64,000 nucleotides of DNA from Vulcanimicrobiota bacterium (GTDB lineage Bacteria; Vulcanimicrobiota; Vulcanimicrobiia; Vulcanimicrobiales; Vulcanimicrobiaceae), in NCBI GenBank assembly GCA_963831815.1, contig CAWHRL010000001.1:135827-199826 (forward strand), written 5' to 3'. The notes under the pieces were generated by a model. That model was given only the letters and a program-made list of their open reading frames with translations, was not told the origin of the DNA and searched no databases. Position numbers and translations under genes: made by a program. This document shows, piece by piece, positions 1 to 8,352 of this stretch (positions are counted from its first letter, which is position 1; every line of letters begins with the position of its first letter).

Positions 1-286
1 CGGCTCGGAGATCGAATCTCCGCGCTCGCCGCAGATACAGCGCAAGCAGGATCCAGGCCATCGCAAACTGCGAAAGCGCAAAGCAATATGCGAGGGTCAA
101 CGGTCCGACGACGGGCCGGCTCATCGTATTCGGGAACCACCCGACGGAAATGGGAAGCGCCAGATAATAGGCGATGAAGAAGATCGTCGCCGGGATCACG
201 AAGCGGCGTCGCGACCGCACCAGCCCGCGAAACTCGGGCTCGGCCGCAAGCTCGTGCCAGAGTGTCGGATGAGCGCGGTGCCGCAC
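1..286 (-). CDS. DUF485 (YjcH-like) small inner-membrane protein; the 3' end lies beyond the window
   Basis: My own minus-strand translation from the GTG at 286 gives VRHRAHPTLWHELAAEPEFRGLVRSRRRFVIPATIFFIAYYLALPISVGWFP...ILLALYLRRARRFD. The pattern (FRxLVxxRRRF, two hydrophobic helices, RAxxFD) matches the YjcH/DUF485 family. It is absent from the ORF track because it is open-ended. Its start overlaps the sufU stop (TAGTG). Confidence 0.6.
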   Translation of the reverse strand, partial: MRHRAHPTLWHELAAEPEFRGLVRSRRRFVIPATIFFIAYYLALPISVGWFPNTMSRPVVGPLTLAYCFALSQFAMAWILLALYLRRARRFDLRA

Positions 287-675
287 TATTCTTCGTCCGG
301 CCAGCCGGCGAGCTCGCCGATCGCGGCGCTCTTAAGGACCCGCAGTCCTAGCATCGCACACTTCATACGCGTGGGGCTTATCCCGATCCCGACGTCTTCC
401 AGCACGACGTCTTTTGAGAGCGTAGCGACGTCGCTGAGCTTCATGCCTTTGACCCGCTCGGTCAGCATCGACGCGGAGGCTTGACTGATCGCGCATCCTT
501 TGCCGGAAAACTTCACGTCGCTAACGACCCCGTTGTCGACCTTCAGCTCGATGCGGATCTGATCTCCGCAGAGCGGATTCAGGTCTTCCGCGGTCGCGTC
601 GTAGCGCTCAAGCCTCCCGAAGTTACGAGGATTGCGATAGTGATCGAGGATGTAGTCGCGATAAAAATCATCCAC
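286..675 (-). CDS. sufU: SufU / IscU-like Fe-S cluster scaffold (sulfur acceptor)
   Basis: The C-terminal 129 aa of ORF 286..1026 read (V)DDFYRDYILDHYRNPRNFG...NPLCGDQI...GKGCAISQASASM...RMKCAML, with the three conserved Cys. I trimmed the start to the GTG at 675, just after the sufS stop. The longer N-terminal part is Arg-rich and overlaps sufS. Confidence 0.85.
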   Translation of the reverse strand: MDDFYRDYILDHYRNPRNFGRLERYDATAEDLNPLCGDQIRIELKVDNGVVSDVKFSGKGCAISQASASMLTERVKGMKLSDVATLSKDVVLEDVGIGISPTRMKCAMLGLRVLKSAAIGELAGWPDEE

Positions 676-686
676 GGCGCCGGCCG

Positions 687-1970
687 CTAAATCCCGAAGA
701 CGTGCGCCGCTTTTGCGAGCCCGTCGCAGAGCACGTCTACGTCGGCCTCGGTATTGTAGATGTAAAACGATGCGCGCGCGGTCGCCGACCATCCCATCTT
801 GTCCATCAAAGGCATCGTGCAGTGGTGCCCCGCACGTACGCAGACCCCCTCCGTATCCAAGATTGAGGCGAGATCGTGAGCGTGAACGTCGGCCAGGTTG
901 AACGAGATAACTCCCGAGACGAGCTCCGGATCGCGTGGCCCGTAGATTGCCAGACCGCGCCGTTCGAACTCCGAGAGCCGCTCCAGCGCGTAGCCGGTCA
1001 GTACTCGCTCGTGCTCTCGAACCCACGTCATTCCGACGCTTTCGAGATATTCGATGGCTACGCCGAATGCGATCGCATCGGCGATGTTGCTCGTCCCCGC
1101 TTCGAACCTGCGGGGCGGCTCGCTAAACGTCGTACGATCGTAGCCGACCTTGCGGATCATGTCGCCACCGGATAAGAAAGGAGGCATAGCCTCCAACAGC
1201 GCGCGCTTTCCGTAGAGCGCTCCGATCCCCGTCGGCCCGAGCATCTTGTGACCGCTGAAGGTATAGAAATCAACGTCCAGCGACTTGAGATCGACCGGCA
1301 GATGCGGCGCACCCTGAGCCCCGTCGACGAGAACGACCGCGCCGGCGGCATGAGCGCGCGCAACGATCGTCTCGAGCGGAGCGATCGTCCCGAGCGTGTT
1401 GCTGACGTGCGCGCAGGCAACGACCTTACAGCCGTCGAGCAGCTCGTCGAGATCGTCGAGCACGTAGAGGCCGCGTTCGTCTACCGGGATAAAGCGAAGT
1501 TCGGCGCCCTTCCGCTCCGCCAGCAGCTGCCAGGGCACCAGATCGGAATGGTGTTCGAGTTCGGTGAGCAGAATCGCGTCTCCCGAGTGCAGATGCGTTT
1601 CCCCCCAGGAGTAGGCGACGAGGTTGATCGCTTCGGTGGTATTGCGCACCCACACGATCTCGGAAGTCTCCGCTCCGACAAAACGAGCAACTTTGACGCG
1701 CGCCTGCTCGTATTCCGCCGTCGCGCGCGCCGCAATCTCGTAGACGCCGCGATGAATGTTCGCGTTGTACTGCTCGTAGTAATCGACCAGCGCTTGGATC
1801 ACGACCCGCGGCTTTTGCGAGGTGGCGGCCGAGTCGAGGTAAACGAGCCGCTTGCCGCGCGACGTCGGTCGCTGCAGAATCGGAAAGTCCGCGATGATCC
1901 GCTCGACCTTCGCTTTGTCGCCGTCGGTTTGCCGATCGCCGATAGGCGCCGTGCGTATCGCTTGCCTCAC
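687..1970 (-). CDS. sufS: Cysteine desulfurase, SufS type (class V aminotransferase)
   Basis: 427 aa with the motifs FSGHKMLGPTGIGALYG (PLP-Lys region) and RAGHHCTMPL (active-site Cys loop). It sits between sufD and sufU with an ATGA start/stop overlap. Confidence 0.93.
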   Translation of the reverse strand: MRQAIRTAPIGDRQTDGDKAKVERIIADFPILQRPTSRGKRLVYLDSAATSQKPRVVIQALVDYYEQYNANIHRGVYEIAARATAEYEQARVKVARFVGAETSEIVWVRNTTEAINLVAYSWGETHLHSGDAILLTELEHHSDLVPWQLLAERKGAELRFIPVDERGLYVLDDLDELLDGCKVVACAHVSNTLGTIAPLETIVARAHAAGAVVLVDGAQGAPHLPVDLKSLDVDFYTFSGHKMLGPTGIGALYGKRALLEAMPPFLSGGDMIRKVGYDRTTFSEPPRRFEAGTSNIADAIAFGVAIEYLESVGMTWVREHERVLTGYALERLSEFERRGLAIYGPRDPELVSGVISFNLADVHAHDLASILDTEGVCVRAGHHCTMPLMDKMGWSATARASFYIYNTEADVDVLCDGLAKAAHVFGI

Positions 1971-3163
1971 GACAACTTCGCCCTTAGCGCCGCGCGAATT
2001 TCCTCGCGAAGACTCGACGAAGGAAAGCGCTCGATCGCGGGTTCGAAGAAGCCCAACGCGATCATACGCTCCGCCGCCGCGCGCTCGATGCCGCGGCTCT
2101 CCATGTAGAAAATCTGTTCGGCGTCGATCGCGCCGACCGTTGCGCCGTGGTAGGCCTTGACGTCGTTGGCGCCGATCTCGAGAGCAGGTACGGAGTCAAC
2201 GTGAGCGGTCTGCGAGAGCAGCAGCGCGTCGTCGCGCAGCCGCGCGTCGCTTCCTTGTGCGTGCGGTGCGATGCGAATGTTCCCGAGGAAGCGTGCCTGG
2301 CCGCGCTCGCTCGCAGCGGACTTAACGAGCGTCTCCGACGTCGCTTCGCCGGCCAGATGTTCCACCGTGCTGACTAGATCGACGTGCTGGGCGGCGCGCG
2401 GAAAGAAGAGCGCCGTCAGATGCGCTTGCGCCCCGGGCTCTTCGATCGATACCCGCACGTCGCCGGCAGCGAGATCGGCGCCGAGCTCGGCCAGACACCA
2501 CGCGATCCGCGAATCGCGTCCGGGTCGCGCCGCGCGGTTCGAGATCACGCGCGCACCGCTGCCGGCTTGCTGTAAGGTCGCGTAGGTCACGTCGGCGTGC
2601 TCGGCGCTCACGATCTCGGTAGCGCCGCACAGAAGAGCTCCGGCGCCGGCCGTGACGCGCTCGACGAGGGTGACGCGCGCGCCACGCTCGATTAGCACGA
2701 CGGTCCATGGAAAGATCGCAGCGCCGGGCCGCACGTCGTAGCGTATGACGATTGGCTCGTCGCAAGCGTGGTCCGCAGATACGTACGCGAAAACGCCGAG
2801 GCCCGCAAAAGCCTGCGTGAGTGCGCCGAACTTGGTCGCCGCGATGCCGGTCGAGCCGAATGCGCGAGCGAAAAGCTCGGGATGCTCGCGCGCCGCGGTC
2901 GCAAGATCGCAAAGCAGGACCGAGCGGTCGCTGCTTTCGACGCTGACGCTCGCGGGGCCAACCTCAATCGCTTCGGGGTCCGGGACGATCGCTTCGAAAT
3001 CTACTCGCCAAAAATGCCCCGGCTTCTCGCGACCGCTCGCCGTCGAAAAGAAACGGTCGAGCGCGCGCGTTCGCGTTTCGAGCGAAAACAGCGCGGCATC
3101 GAATGAAGCGAGCCGCGAGTAGAGTTCGCCGGCCGGCGGGGCCGAGGTCAGCGTGCTAAGCAA
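1967..3163 (-). CDS. sufD: Fe-S cluster assembly protein of the SufB/SufD family (SufD-like)
   Basis: The C-terminal region PALEIGANDVKAYHGATVGAIDAEQIFYMESRGIERAAAERMI is typical of SufB/D. The track ORF runs to 3280 but overlaps sufC. A TTG at 3163 gives an 8-nt overlap with the sufC stop. The start is uncertain. Confidence 0.8.
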   Translation of the reverse strand: MLSTLTSAPPAGELYSRLASFDAALFSLETRTRALDRFFSTASGREKPGHFWRVDFEAIVPDPEAIEVGPASVSVESSDRSVLLCDLATAAREHPELFARAFGSTGIAATKFGALTQAFAGLGVFAYVSADHACDEPIVIRYDVRPGAAIFPWTVVLIERGARVTLVERVTAGAGALLCGATEIVSAEHADVTYATLQQAGSGARVISNRAARPGRDSRIAWCLAELGADLAAGDVRVSIEEPGAQAHLTALFFPRAAQHVDLVSTVEHLAGEATSETLVKSAASERGQARFLGNIRIAPHAQGSDARLRDDALLLSQTAHVDSVPALEIGANDVKAYHGATVGAIDAEQIFYMESRGIERAAAERMIALGFFEPAIERFPSSSLREEIRAALRAKLS

Positions 3164-3947
3164 TCGCGCCTGCGCCCAGCGCCGTCGAAGGGCTTGTCTC
3201 TTCGCGAATCTTATCGTACCCTTCACGCTCGATGAGGTGGGCGAGGTCATGACCGCCGGTCTTGACGATACGTCCATCAATCATAATGTGCACGACGTCC
3301 GGAGTCACGTACTGCAAAATGCGCGGGTAGTGCGTGATGATGAGAAAGCCGGCGTTTCGCCCTTCGTCGCTCGCGCGTAGCGCGGCGATCGAGTCGCCGA
3401 CATCCTTTAGCGCATCGATGTCGAGCCCCGAATCGGTCTCGTCCATGATCGCGTATTTCGGAGCGAGTACCGCAAGCTGCAGCATCTCCAGCCGCTTTTT
3501 CTCGCCGCCGGAGAAACCGTCGTTCAAATAGCGCCCCATAAAGGACGGATCGATGCCAAGCTGCTCCATCTTTTCGAGAAGGAGCGCGCGGAACTTCGCC
3601 GGCGGAAGATCGCCGGGGCGTTCGGCCTGCCGCGCTGCGTGCAAAAAGTTGGCGACCTTGACTCCCGGAATCGCGGCTGGATACTGAAATGAGAGGAAAA
3701 GGCCGGCGCGCGCCCGCTTGTCGGGGTTCAAGGCCAGCAGGTCCTGACCGTCGAGCTCAACGCTCCCGGTGACTTGGTACGCAGGATGACCGGTAAGCGA
3801 GAAGGCAAGCGTCGATTTGCCGCTTCCGTTGGGACCCATCAGGGCGTGAATTCGTCCCGGCTCGACCGTCAGGTCGATCCCCTTGAGAATCTCGTTGCCG
3901 CCGATGCTGCAACGCAGGTTTGAGATACGTAGACCTTGCTCGGGCAT
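3156..3947 (-). CDS. sufC: Fe-S cluster assembly ATPase SufC
   Basis: 263 aa with Walker A (GPNGSGKST), the ABC signature (FSGGEKKR), Walker B (AIMDETDSGLD) and the SufC-type C-terminus. Confidence 0.95.
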   Translation of the reverse strand: MPEQGLRISNLRCSIGGNEILKGIDLTVEPGRIHALMGPNGSGKSTLAFSLTGHPAYQVTGSVELDGQDLLALNPDKRARAGLFLSFQYPAAIPGVKVANFLHAARQAERPGDLPPAKFRALLLEKMEQLGIDPSFMGRYLNDGFSGGEKKRLEMLQLAVLAPKYAIMDETDSGLDIDALKDVGDSIAALRASDEGRNAGFLIITHYPRILQYVTPDVVHIMIDGRIVKTGGHDLAHLIEREGYDKIREETSPSTALGAGAIA

Positions 3948-3958
3948 GCGATTTATGG

Positions 3959-4008
3959 TAGCCGAGGCTCTCTTAGAAAGTCAAGGAAAAACTTTACTAT
4001 CTCGGCTA
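3959..4008. promoter_or_regulatory. Nested palindrome in the sufC/sufR divergent intergenic region (candidate SufR operator)
   Basis: TAGCCGAG (3959-3966) and CTCGGCTA (4001-4008) are exact inverted repeats. They enclose an inner AAAGT-N9-ACTTT palindrome. This is the only intergenic DNA between the divergent suf operon and the regulator. Confidence 0.3.
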
Positions 4009-4032
4009 TTTCGTGCTAGGATAACGCGGTAA

Positions 4033-4674
4033 ATGCACGCCGATCGCTTCTTTCAGACGACCAGAGGAAAGATCGTCAGCGAACTGCGCCGCCGCGGCTC
4101 GGCTTCGGCGACCGATTTGGCACGATCGTTTGGGCTCTCTCCGAACGCGGTCCGCCAGCAACTGATGGTCCTCGAGCGTGATGGACTCGTCGCCGAGACC
4201 CCCGTCAGGCGCGGCCCCACCAAGCCCACCTACGAGTTCTCGCTGACTCCCGACGCCGATAAGCTCTTCCCGCAGGCCTACGACAAGATGCTGACCGCCG
4301 TCTTACGCGAGCTTCGAAGTCAGTTTGGTACGGAGGGAGTCGAGCAAGTCTTCGCGGGCCTCTCGCGGCGGGCGATCGACCGGGCGCGGCTATCGGTGAC
4401 CGCCGACGACCCCGAGCAGAAGGTGGCCCAGCTTACCGAGATGCTTCGCAAGACCGGAGTCGTCGCCGAATATAGCTTGATCGAGGGCGGCTTCGCGCTG
4501 CACGAACACAACTGTCCCTATTCAAACGCGGCAAAAGAGAATCCGGAGGTCTGCCAGGTGATCCACCACGTGATGGACGAGACCCTGGGCGGGGCGCACA
4601 CGCAGACCGAGTCGCTCGCACATGGCGGAAAAGAGTGCCGCTTTGAGTTACATCCCACAGAGACGGTGAGTTAA
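4033..4674 (+). CDS. sufR: SufR-like transcriptional regulator: winged HTH (ArsR/DeoR-like) with a C-terminal Cys-containing sensor region
   Basis: The N-terminal HTH reads RGKIVSELRRRGSASATDLARSFGLSPNAVRQQLMVLERDGLV. The C-terminal Cys residues are HEHNCPYS...PEVCQVIHH...GGKECRFE. The gene is divergent from the suf operon. Confidence 0.7.
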   Translation: MHADRFFQTTRGKIVSELRRRGSASATDLARSFGLSPNAVRQQLMVLERDGLVAETPVRRGPTKPTYEFSLTPDADKLFPQAYDKMLTAVLRELRSQFGTEGVEQVFAGLSRRAIDRARLSVTADDPEQKVAQLTEMLRKTGVVAEYSLIEGGFALHEHNCPYSNAAKENPEVCQVIHHVMDETLGGAHTQTESLAHGGKECRFELHPTETVS

Positions 4675-4675
4675 T

Positions 4676-5170
4676 ATGGATTTTCCGAAGTTTCAACGAT
4701 TGGTCGAAGAACGCAGCGGGTTCCGCACGATGGAGAACGCCACCGCGAGCGGGGAGTACTTCAGCGATTCATGCGGCGACATGTACAACTTCTTTTTGAG
4801 GGTTGGGCCGGGCGCGGTTATCGAGGATATATCGTACTTCACCACCGGATGCGGATTCGGAACTGCGACTTGCAGCCTCGTCGTCGGGATCGCGAAAGGA
4901 AAAACGATCGATGAAGCCGCCGCAATCACGGCGAGCGACATCGAACGCGAGCTCGACGGGTATCCGGAGAAGAAGAAAGATTATCCCGAGCGCGCGCTTG
5001 AGGCGCTGCAGGTAGCGCTCGCCGACTATCGCGGCAAGGTGGCGTCCGGAACGGTGCCGGACTTCGCGACGATGCCGCGCGCGGCGCAAGCCGCTGCTTA
5101 CGCACAAGCCGCTCCATCGCCGTCATCGAACGGCGCCGACGCCGGCAAACTGATCATCAACCTGCGATAG
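4676..5170 (+). CDS. NifU N-terminal / IscU-like domain protein
   Basis: SDSCGDMYNFFL and YFTTGCGFGTATCS resemble IscU/NifU cluster-ligand segments. The start is 2 nt after the sufR stop, which suggests translational coupling. Confidence 0.7.
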   Translation: MDFPKFQRLVEERSGFRTMENATASGEYFSDSCGDMYNFFLRVGPGAVIEDISYFTTGCGFGTATCSLVVGIAKGKTIDEAAAITASDIERELDGYPEKKKDYPERALEALQVALADYRGKVASGTVPDFATMPRAAQAAAYAQAAPSPSSNGADAGKLIINLR

Positions 5171-5269
5171 CGCCTTCGCAGCTGCGCACCGCAGCTCACG
5201 GCACCGATCCGTGGCCCGGCGTCGCACTTCCGACCATTCGGCCCCATAGGGTGCCGTGAAGAGCCTCAT

Positions 5270-5506
5270 TTGGAAGACGACATGCCGATAGCGCTGTCTG
5301 ATGCGCCGCCAAAGCTTTTGCCTTTGAGGTACAAGCTGATCATTGATGGGAAGCCTGTAGACACATACACGGTCGGAACCAAGTTTTTGATGGACTTGGG
5401 CAAACTAGGAAGGACGCGAGCTACCCACGCGCTTGAAGTTTATCCGCTCGATACGGTGCCGAACAGCACCATGACCTTCAGCTGCGTCACGATAGCCTCT
5501 AACTAA
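5270..5506 (+). CDS. Hypothetical small protein (the internal ATG at 5282 is a possible start)
   Basis: This is the only ORF in a visibly more AT-rich stretch. I recognise no family. It ends 4 nt inside the convergent isochorismatase gene. Confidence 0.3.
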   Translation: MEDDMPIALSDAPPKLLPLRYKLIIDGKPVDTYTVGTKFLMDLGKLGRTRATHALEVYPLDTVPNSTMTFSCVTIASN

Positions 5507-6072
5507 ATCATGGCTAGGATTTCGTCGACGGTTCCCACCTCGCCAATGCGTGGGAAAATGATCCCAAGCGCGCGAGCGTGTGCCTCGGCCACCGTATCGG
5601 TCATCGCGTCGGATGCGAAGGTAAGGTTGTACGAGCGTTCCCACGCATCGCGCGCCGTCGATTCGACACCGATGCTCGTCGAAATTCCGCACAGGACGAT
5701 GTTCGTGATGCCGCGGCGGCGCAGCTGCAAATCGAGATCGGTCCCGTAGAACGCGCCCCATTGACGCTTGTGAATCAGAATATCGCGCGCGGCGTCGGCC
5801 TTCAGCTCGTCGGCGTACTCAAAGAAGTTCGAGGGTAACGTGCTTTGCGGCGGCGTGGACTCGGCGCGTGTCTTGAGCGCGTCGGCTCTGCCGGGAGACC
5901 AGCCGACACGGACGAGCACTACCGGGCGCCCTTTCGCGCGAAAGGCATCGGCGAGGCGCACAACGTTTAGCAGCACATCGGAGGCCGGATGGACCGTCGG
6001 CCTCGTAACGATGCCTTTTTGCATGTCGATGACGACGAGCGCCGTGTTTGGATCGAGGGTCGTTATAGGCAT
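5503..6072 (-). CDS. Isochorismatase-family cysteine hydrolase
   Basis: ALVVIDMQKGIV, VVLVRV, KRQWGAFYGTDLDLQLRRRGITNIVLCGISTSIGVESTARDA contain the family's catalytic D/K/C pattern. Confidence 0.85.
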   Translation of the reverse strand: MPITTLDPNTALVVIDMQKGIVTRPTVHPASDVLLNVVRLADAFRAKGRPVVLVRVGWSPGRADALKTRAESTPPQSTLPSNFFEYADELKADAARDILIHKRQWGAFYGTDLDLQLRRRGITNIVLCGISTSIGVESTARDAWERSYNLTFASDAMTDTVAEAHARALGIIFPRIGEVGTVDEILAMI

Positions 6073-6629
6073 AACGGGACAATCAATTTGACCTCGTAGC
6101 GTGATGTCTTGCGTGAGGGGTCGGGGAGCGATTCGAAGAGCGTCAAGGCTTCGACTTCGAGGCCAATGGGCGGAAACTCGAGGAGCGTAAGCGGCCGCTT
6201 TGACTCCTTGACTCGCGCGATCGTCACGTGAGCGACCGCATCGTCCTTGAAACTGAAGCCGAGTCGCGCGTAGGCACCGCGGACGTTTTGCGCGAGCTCG
6301 CGAAACTGCGCGCCCTGCTCGCGCGCGCCGACGTAGACCACGCGGGGCCTGCGTTCGTGCGGAAAGGCGCCGAGCTTATCGAACGTTACGGCGAAATGGT
6401 TTGACAGCGCACCGGCGGCGGTCAACGTTGAAGCCACTTGGTCGCAGCGACTCGGCTCGACATAGCCCAAGAATGCCAGCGTGACGTGGAGCTTTTCCGG
6501 CGATTCGTATTTCGCATCGAAGCCCGTCTTATGCAGTGCCTGCGAAAGGGCGACGCATCGCGCGCGGGCTTCTTCATCGAGATCGATTCCGATGAACAGC
6601 TTACGCTTGCGCGGTGGCGCGTCAAACAT
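6063..6629 (-). CDS. thpR: RNA 2',3'-cyclic phosphodiesterase / 2'-5' RNA ligase family (ThpR/LigT)
   Basis: It has the two HxT/S motifs of the 2H phosphoesterase fold: KLHVTLAFLG and VAHVTIARV. Confidence 0.85.
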   Translation of the reverse strand: MFDAPPRKRKLFIGIDLDEEARARCVALSQALHKTGFDAKYESPEKLHVTLAFLGYVEPSRCDQVASTLTAAGALSNHFAVTFDKLGAFPHERRPRVVYVGAREQGAQFRELAQNVRGAYARLGFSFKDDAVAHVTIARVKESKRPLTLLEFPPIGLEVEALTLFESLPDPSRKTSRYEVKLIVPLCL

Positions 6630-7263
6630 TGACTATGTACGGATTCGAGCGCCGCTCGATTCCGATCGTGGTGAAGGGCCCGTGGCCCGGAACGACCTGC
6701 GTGGCGTCGTCGTAGGGCAGCAGCTTGCGGCGAATCGAGCCGACGATATCTTCCATGGACGTGCCGCCGAGGTCCCAACGTCCGATCGAGCCGGCAAAGA
6801 GAGTATCGCCGGTTAAGAGCGCTTTTTTCTCGCCGTCAGCGACTTCGAAGCAGACGCTGCCGGGCGTATGACCGGGGGTATGCAGAACGCGGCAGCGGAC
6901 CGACCCCAACGCGATTGCATCACCGTCGTGAAGCTCGGCATCGAGTGCGACGACCGGCGGCGAATGCTTCAGGCCGAGCCATCGGGCCTGGAGCTCGAGC
7001 GTGCGATAGAGCGGCAGATCGGCCGGATGGAGCATTCCCTGCGCTCCGGTAAGCTCTCGCAGGCGCCCTAAGTCGCCGATATGGTCGATGTGCGCGTGCG
7101 TATGAACCAGAAGCTTGGCGTGCCAGCCGCCGCGGATCAGACGACCGATGACTTCGTCGACGCCATCGCCGCCGTCGACGACGATCGCATCGCCGCTGCT
7201 CTCGTCGGCCAGAATCGTACAATTGCAGGCGAGCGGACCGACCGCGAACGTCTGTGAAATCAT
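6622..7263 (-). CDS. MBL-fold metallo-hydrolase (glyoxalase II-like)
   Basis: It carries the HTHAHIDHIG metal-binding motif, plus HTPGHTPGS and a downstream GHG. Confidence 0.85.
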   Translation of the reverse strand: MISQTFAVGPLACNCTILADESSGDAIVVDGGDGVDEVIGRLIRGGWHAKLLVHTHAHIDHIGDLGRLRELTGAQGMLHPADLPLYRTLELQARWLGLKHSPPVVALDAELHDGDAIALGSVRCRVLHTPGHTPGSVCFEVADGEKKALLTGDTLFAGSIGRWDLGGTSMEDIVGSIRRKLLPYDDATQVVPGHGPFTTIGIERRSNPYIVNV

Positions 7264-7272
7264 CGGAACCCT

Positions 7273-7755
7273 TTACTCAACGTGGATGCCGAAGTCGTGG
7301 AAACCGCCGTTGAAGTATCCGAGCGGCGAGCCCGGTCGCGCGCTGCAAGAGATAACGTGACCGATCAGTATCGAGTGCGATCCGAACTGATATTCGTGCG
7401 CGAGCTCGCAGTCAAAATGTGCGATCGTGCCGCTCAGAACCGGGGCACCGGTCGCATCGGTCGTATAACCGATTTCGGCAAACTGACGCTCCCGAACCTT
7501 GCCCGAGAAATGCTCGGCGAGCACGCGCTGGTCGCCGGCGAGCACGTTCACGCAAAAAACGTGCGAGCTCGAGATGAAGAGGTAGCTGCGAGCTTCGCGA
7601 TTGATGCAGATCAGCAGCGACGGCGGGTCGAGCGAGACGCTCGAAAAAGCGTTAACTGTGATGCCGCGCGGCTCGCCTTCCTTTAGCGTGGTAACGACCG
7701 TGACGCCGGTCGGTACGCGGCGCATGGCGTGCCGAAAGGCTGCCGCGCTCGTCAT
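7273..7755 (-). CDS. Flavin reductase family protein
   Basis: FRHAMRRVPTGVTVVTT...GITVNAFSSVSLDPPSLLICI is typical of flavin reductase-like domains. I trimmed the start to the ATG at 7755, which forms an ATGA overlap with the upstream methyltransferase stop. Confidence 0.8.
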   Translation of the reverse strand: MTSAAAFRHAMRRVPTGVTVVTTLKEGEPRGITVNAFSSVSLDPPSLLICINREARSYLFISSSHVFCVNVLAGDQRVLAEHFSGKVRERQFAEIGYTTDATGAPVLSGTIAHFDCELAHEYQFGSHSILIGHVISCSARPGSPLGYFNGGFHDFGIHVE

Positions 7756-8327
7756 TGCCGCCGCGCACCAATACCGACGCCGAACGGCAGGATCGTGGCG
7801 TCGAGGGCGGGGTGGTTGAGAAACCGCTGCAAGAAGCCATGCGCCGTAAGACAATCGTTGAAGATTGCGAGGCCCGAGAGCTTGAGCATGGGGATGACGA
7901 TCTCGAGGTACGCAAGGTACTCGTCTTTATTTGCGGCTACGAAGACGACGTCGAGATTGCGATGGGGAAAATTTTCGAGAAGCTCGAGCGCCGGTGTGTT
8001 GACGACCTCGATGTAATCGTCTTCACCGGCGCGGCGGAAATACGCGCGTGCGACATCGGTGCGCCCCACGTCAGGATCGATCGTCCAAATCCGCCCAGCC
8101 GGCGGCTGCGCCAGCGCCATCCAAAGCGTCCAGTAGCCGTACCGCGTTCCAACCTCGAGAATCCGATTCGCTTGCATCGCGGTGACGATCGTGGAGAGGA
8201 GGCGCCCGGTTACGCGCGCGACGATTGGGATGCCGTCTACGCCGTCGATCTGTTCGAGCTCGATCAAAAGCGGATGCGGCGCGCGATGCAATGCATCCAA
8301 CTCCCGCGCACGCTCGTCCGAAATCAC
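7752..8327 (-). CDS. Class I SAM-dependent O-methyltransferase (caffeoyl-CoA OMT-like)
   Basis: ILEVGTRYGYWTLWMA (SAM motif I), IWTIDPD and LDVVFVAANKDEYLAY. The start was trimmed to the GTG at 8327 (or the TTG at 8330) so it does not overlap folD. The start is uncertain. Confidence 0.78.
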   Translation of the reverse strand: MISDERARELDALHRAPHPLLIELEQIDGVDGIPIVARVTGRLLSTIVTAMQANRILEVGTRYGYWTLWMALAQPPAGRIWTIDPDVGRTDVARAYFRRAGEDDYIEVVNTPALELLENFPHRNLDVVFVAANKDEYLAYLEIVIPMLKLSGLAIFNDCLTAHGFLQRFLNHPALDATILPFGVGIGARRQ

Positions 8328-8352
8328 CAAGCTCGCTTTGGGCGCGCTGGGA

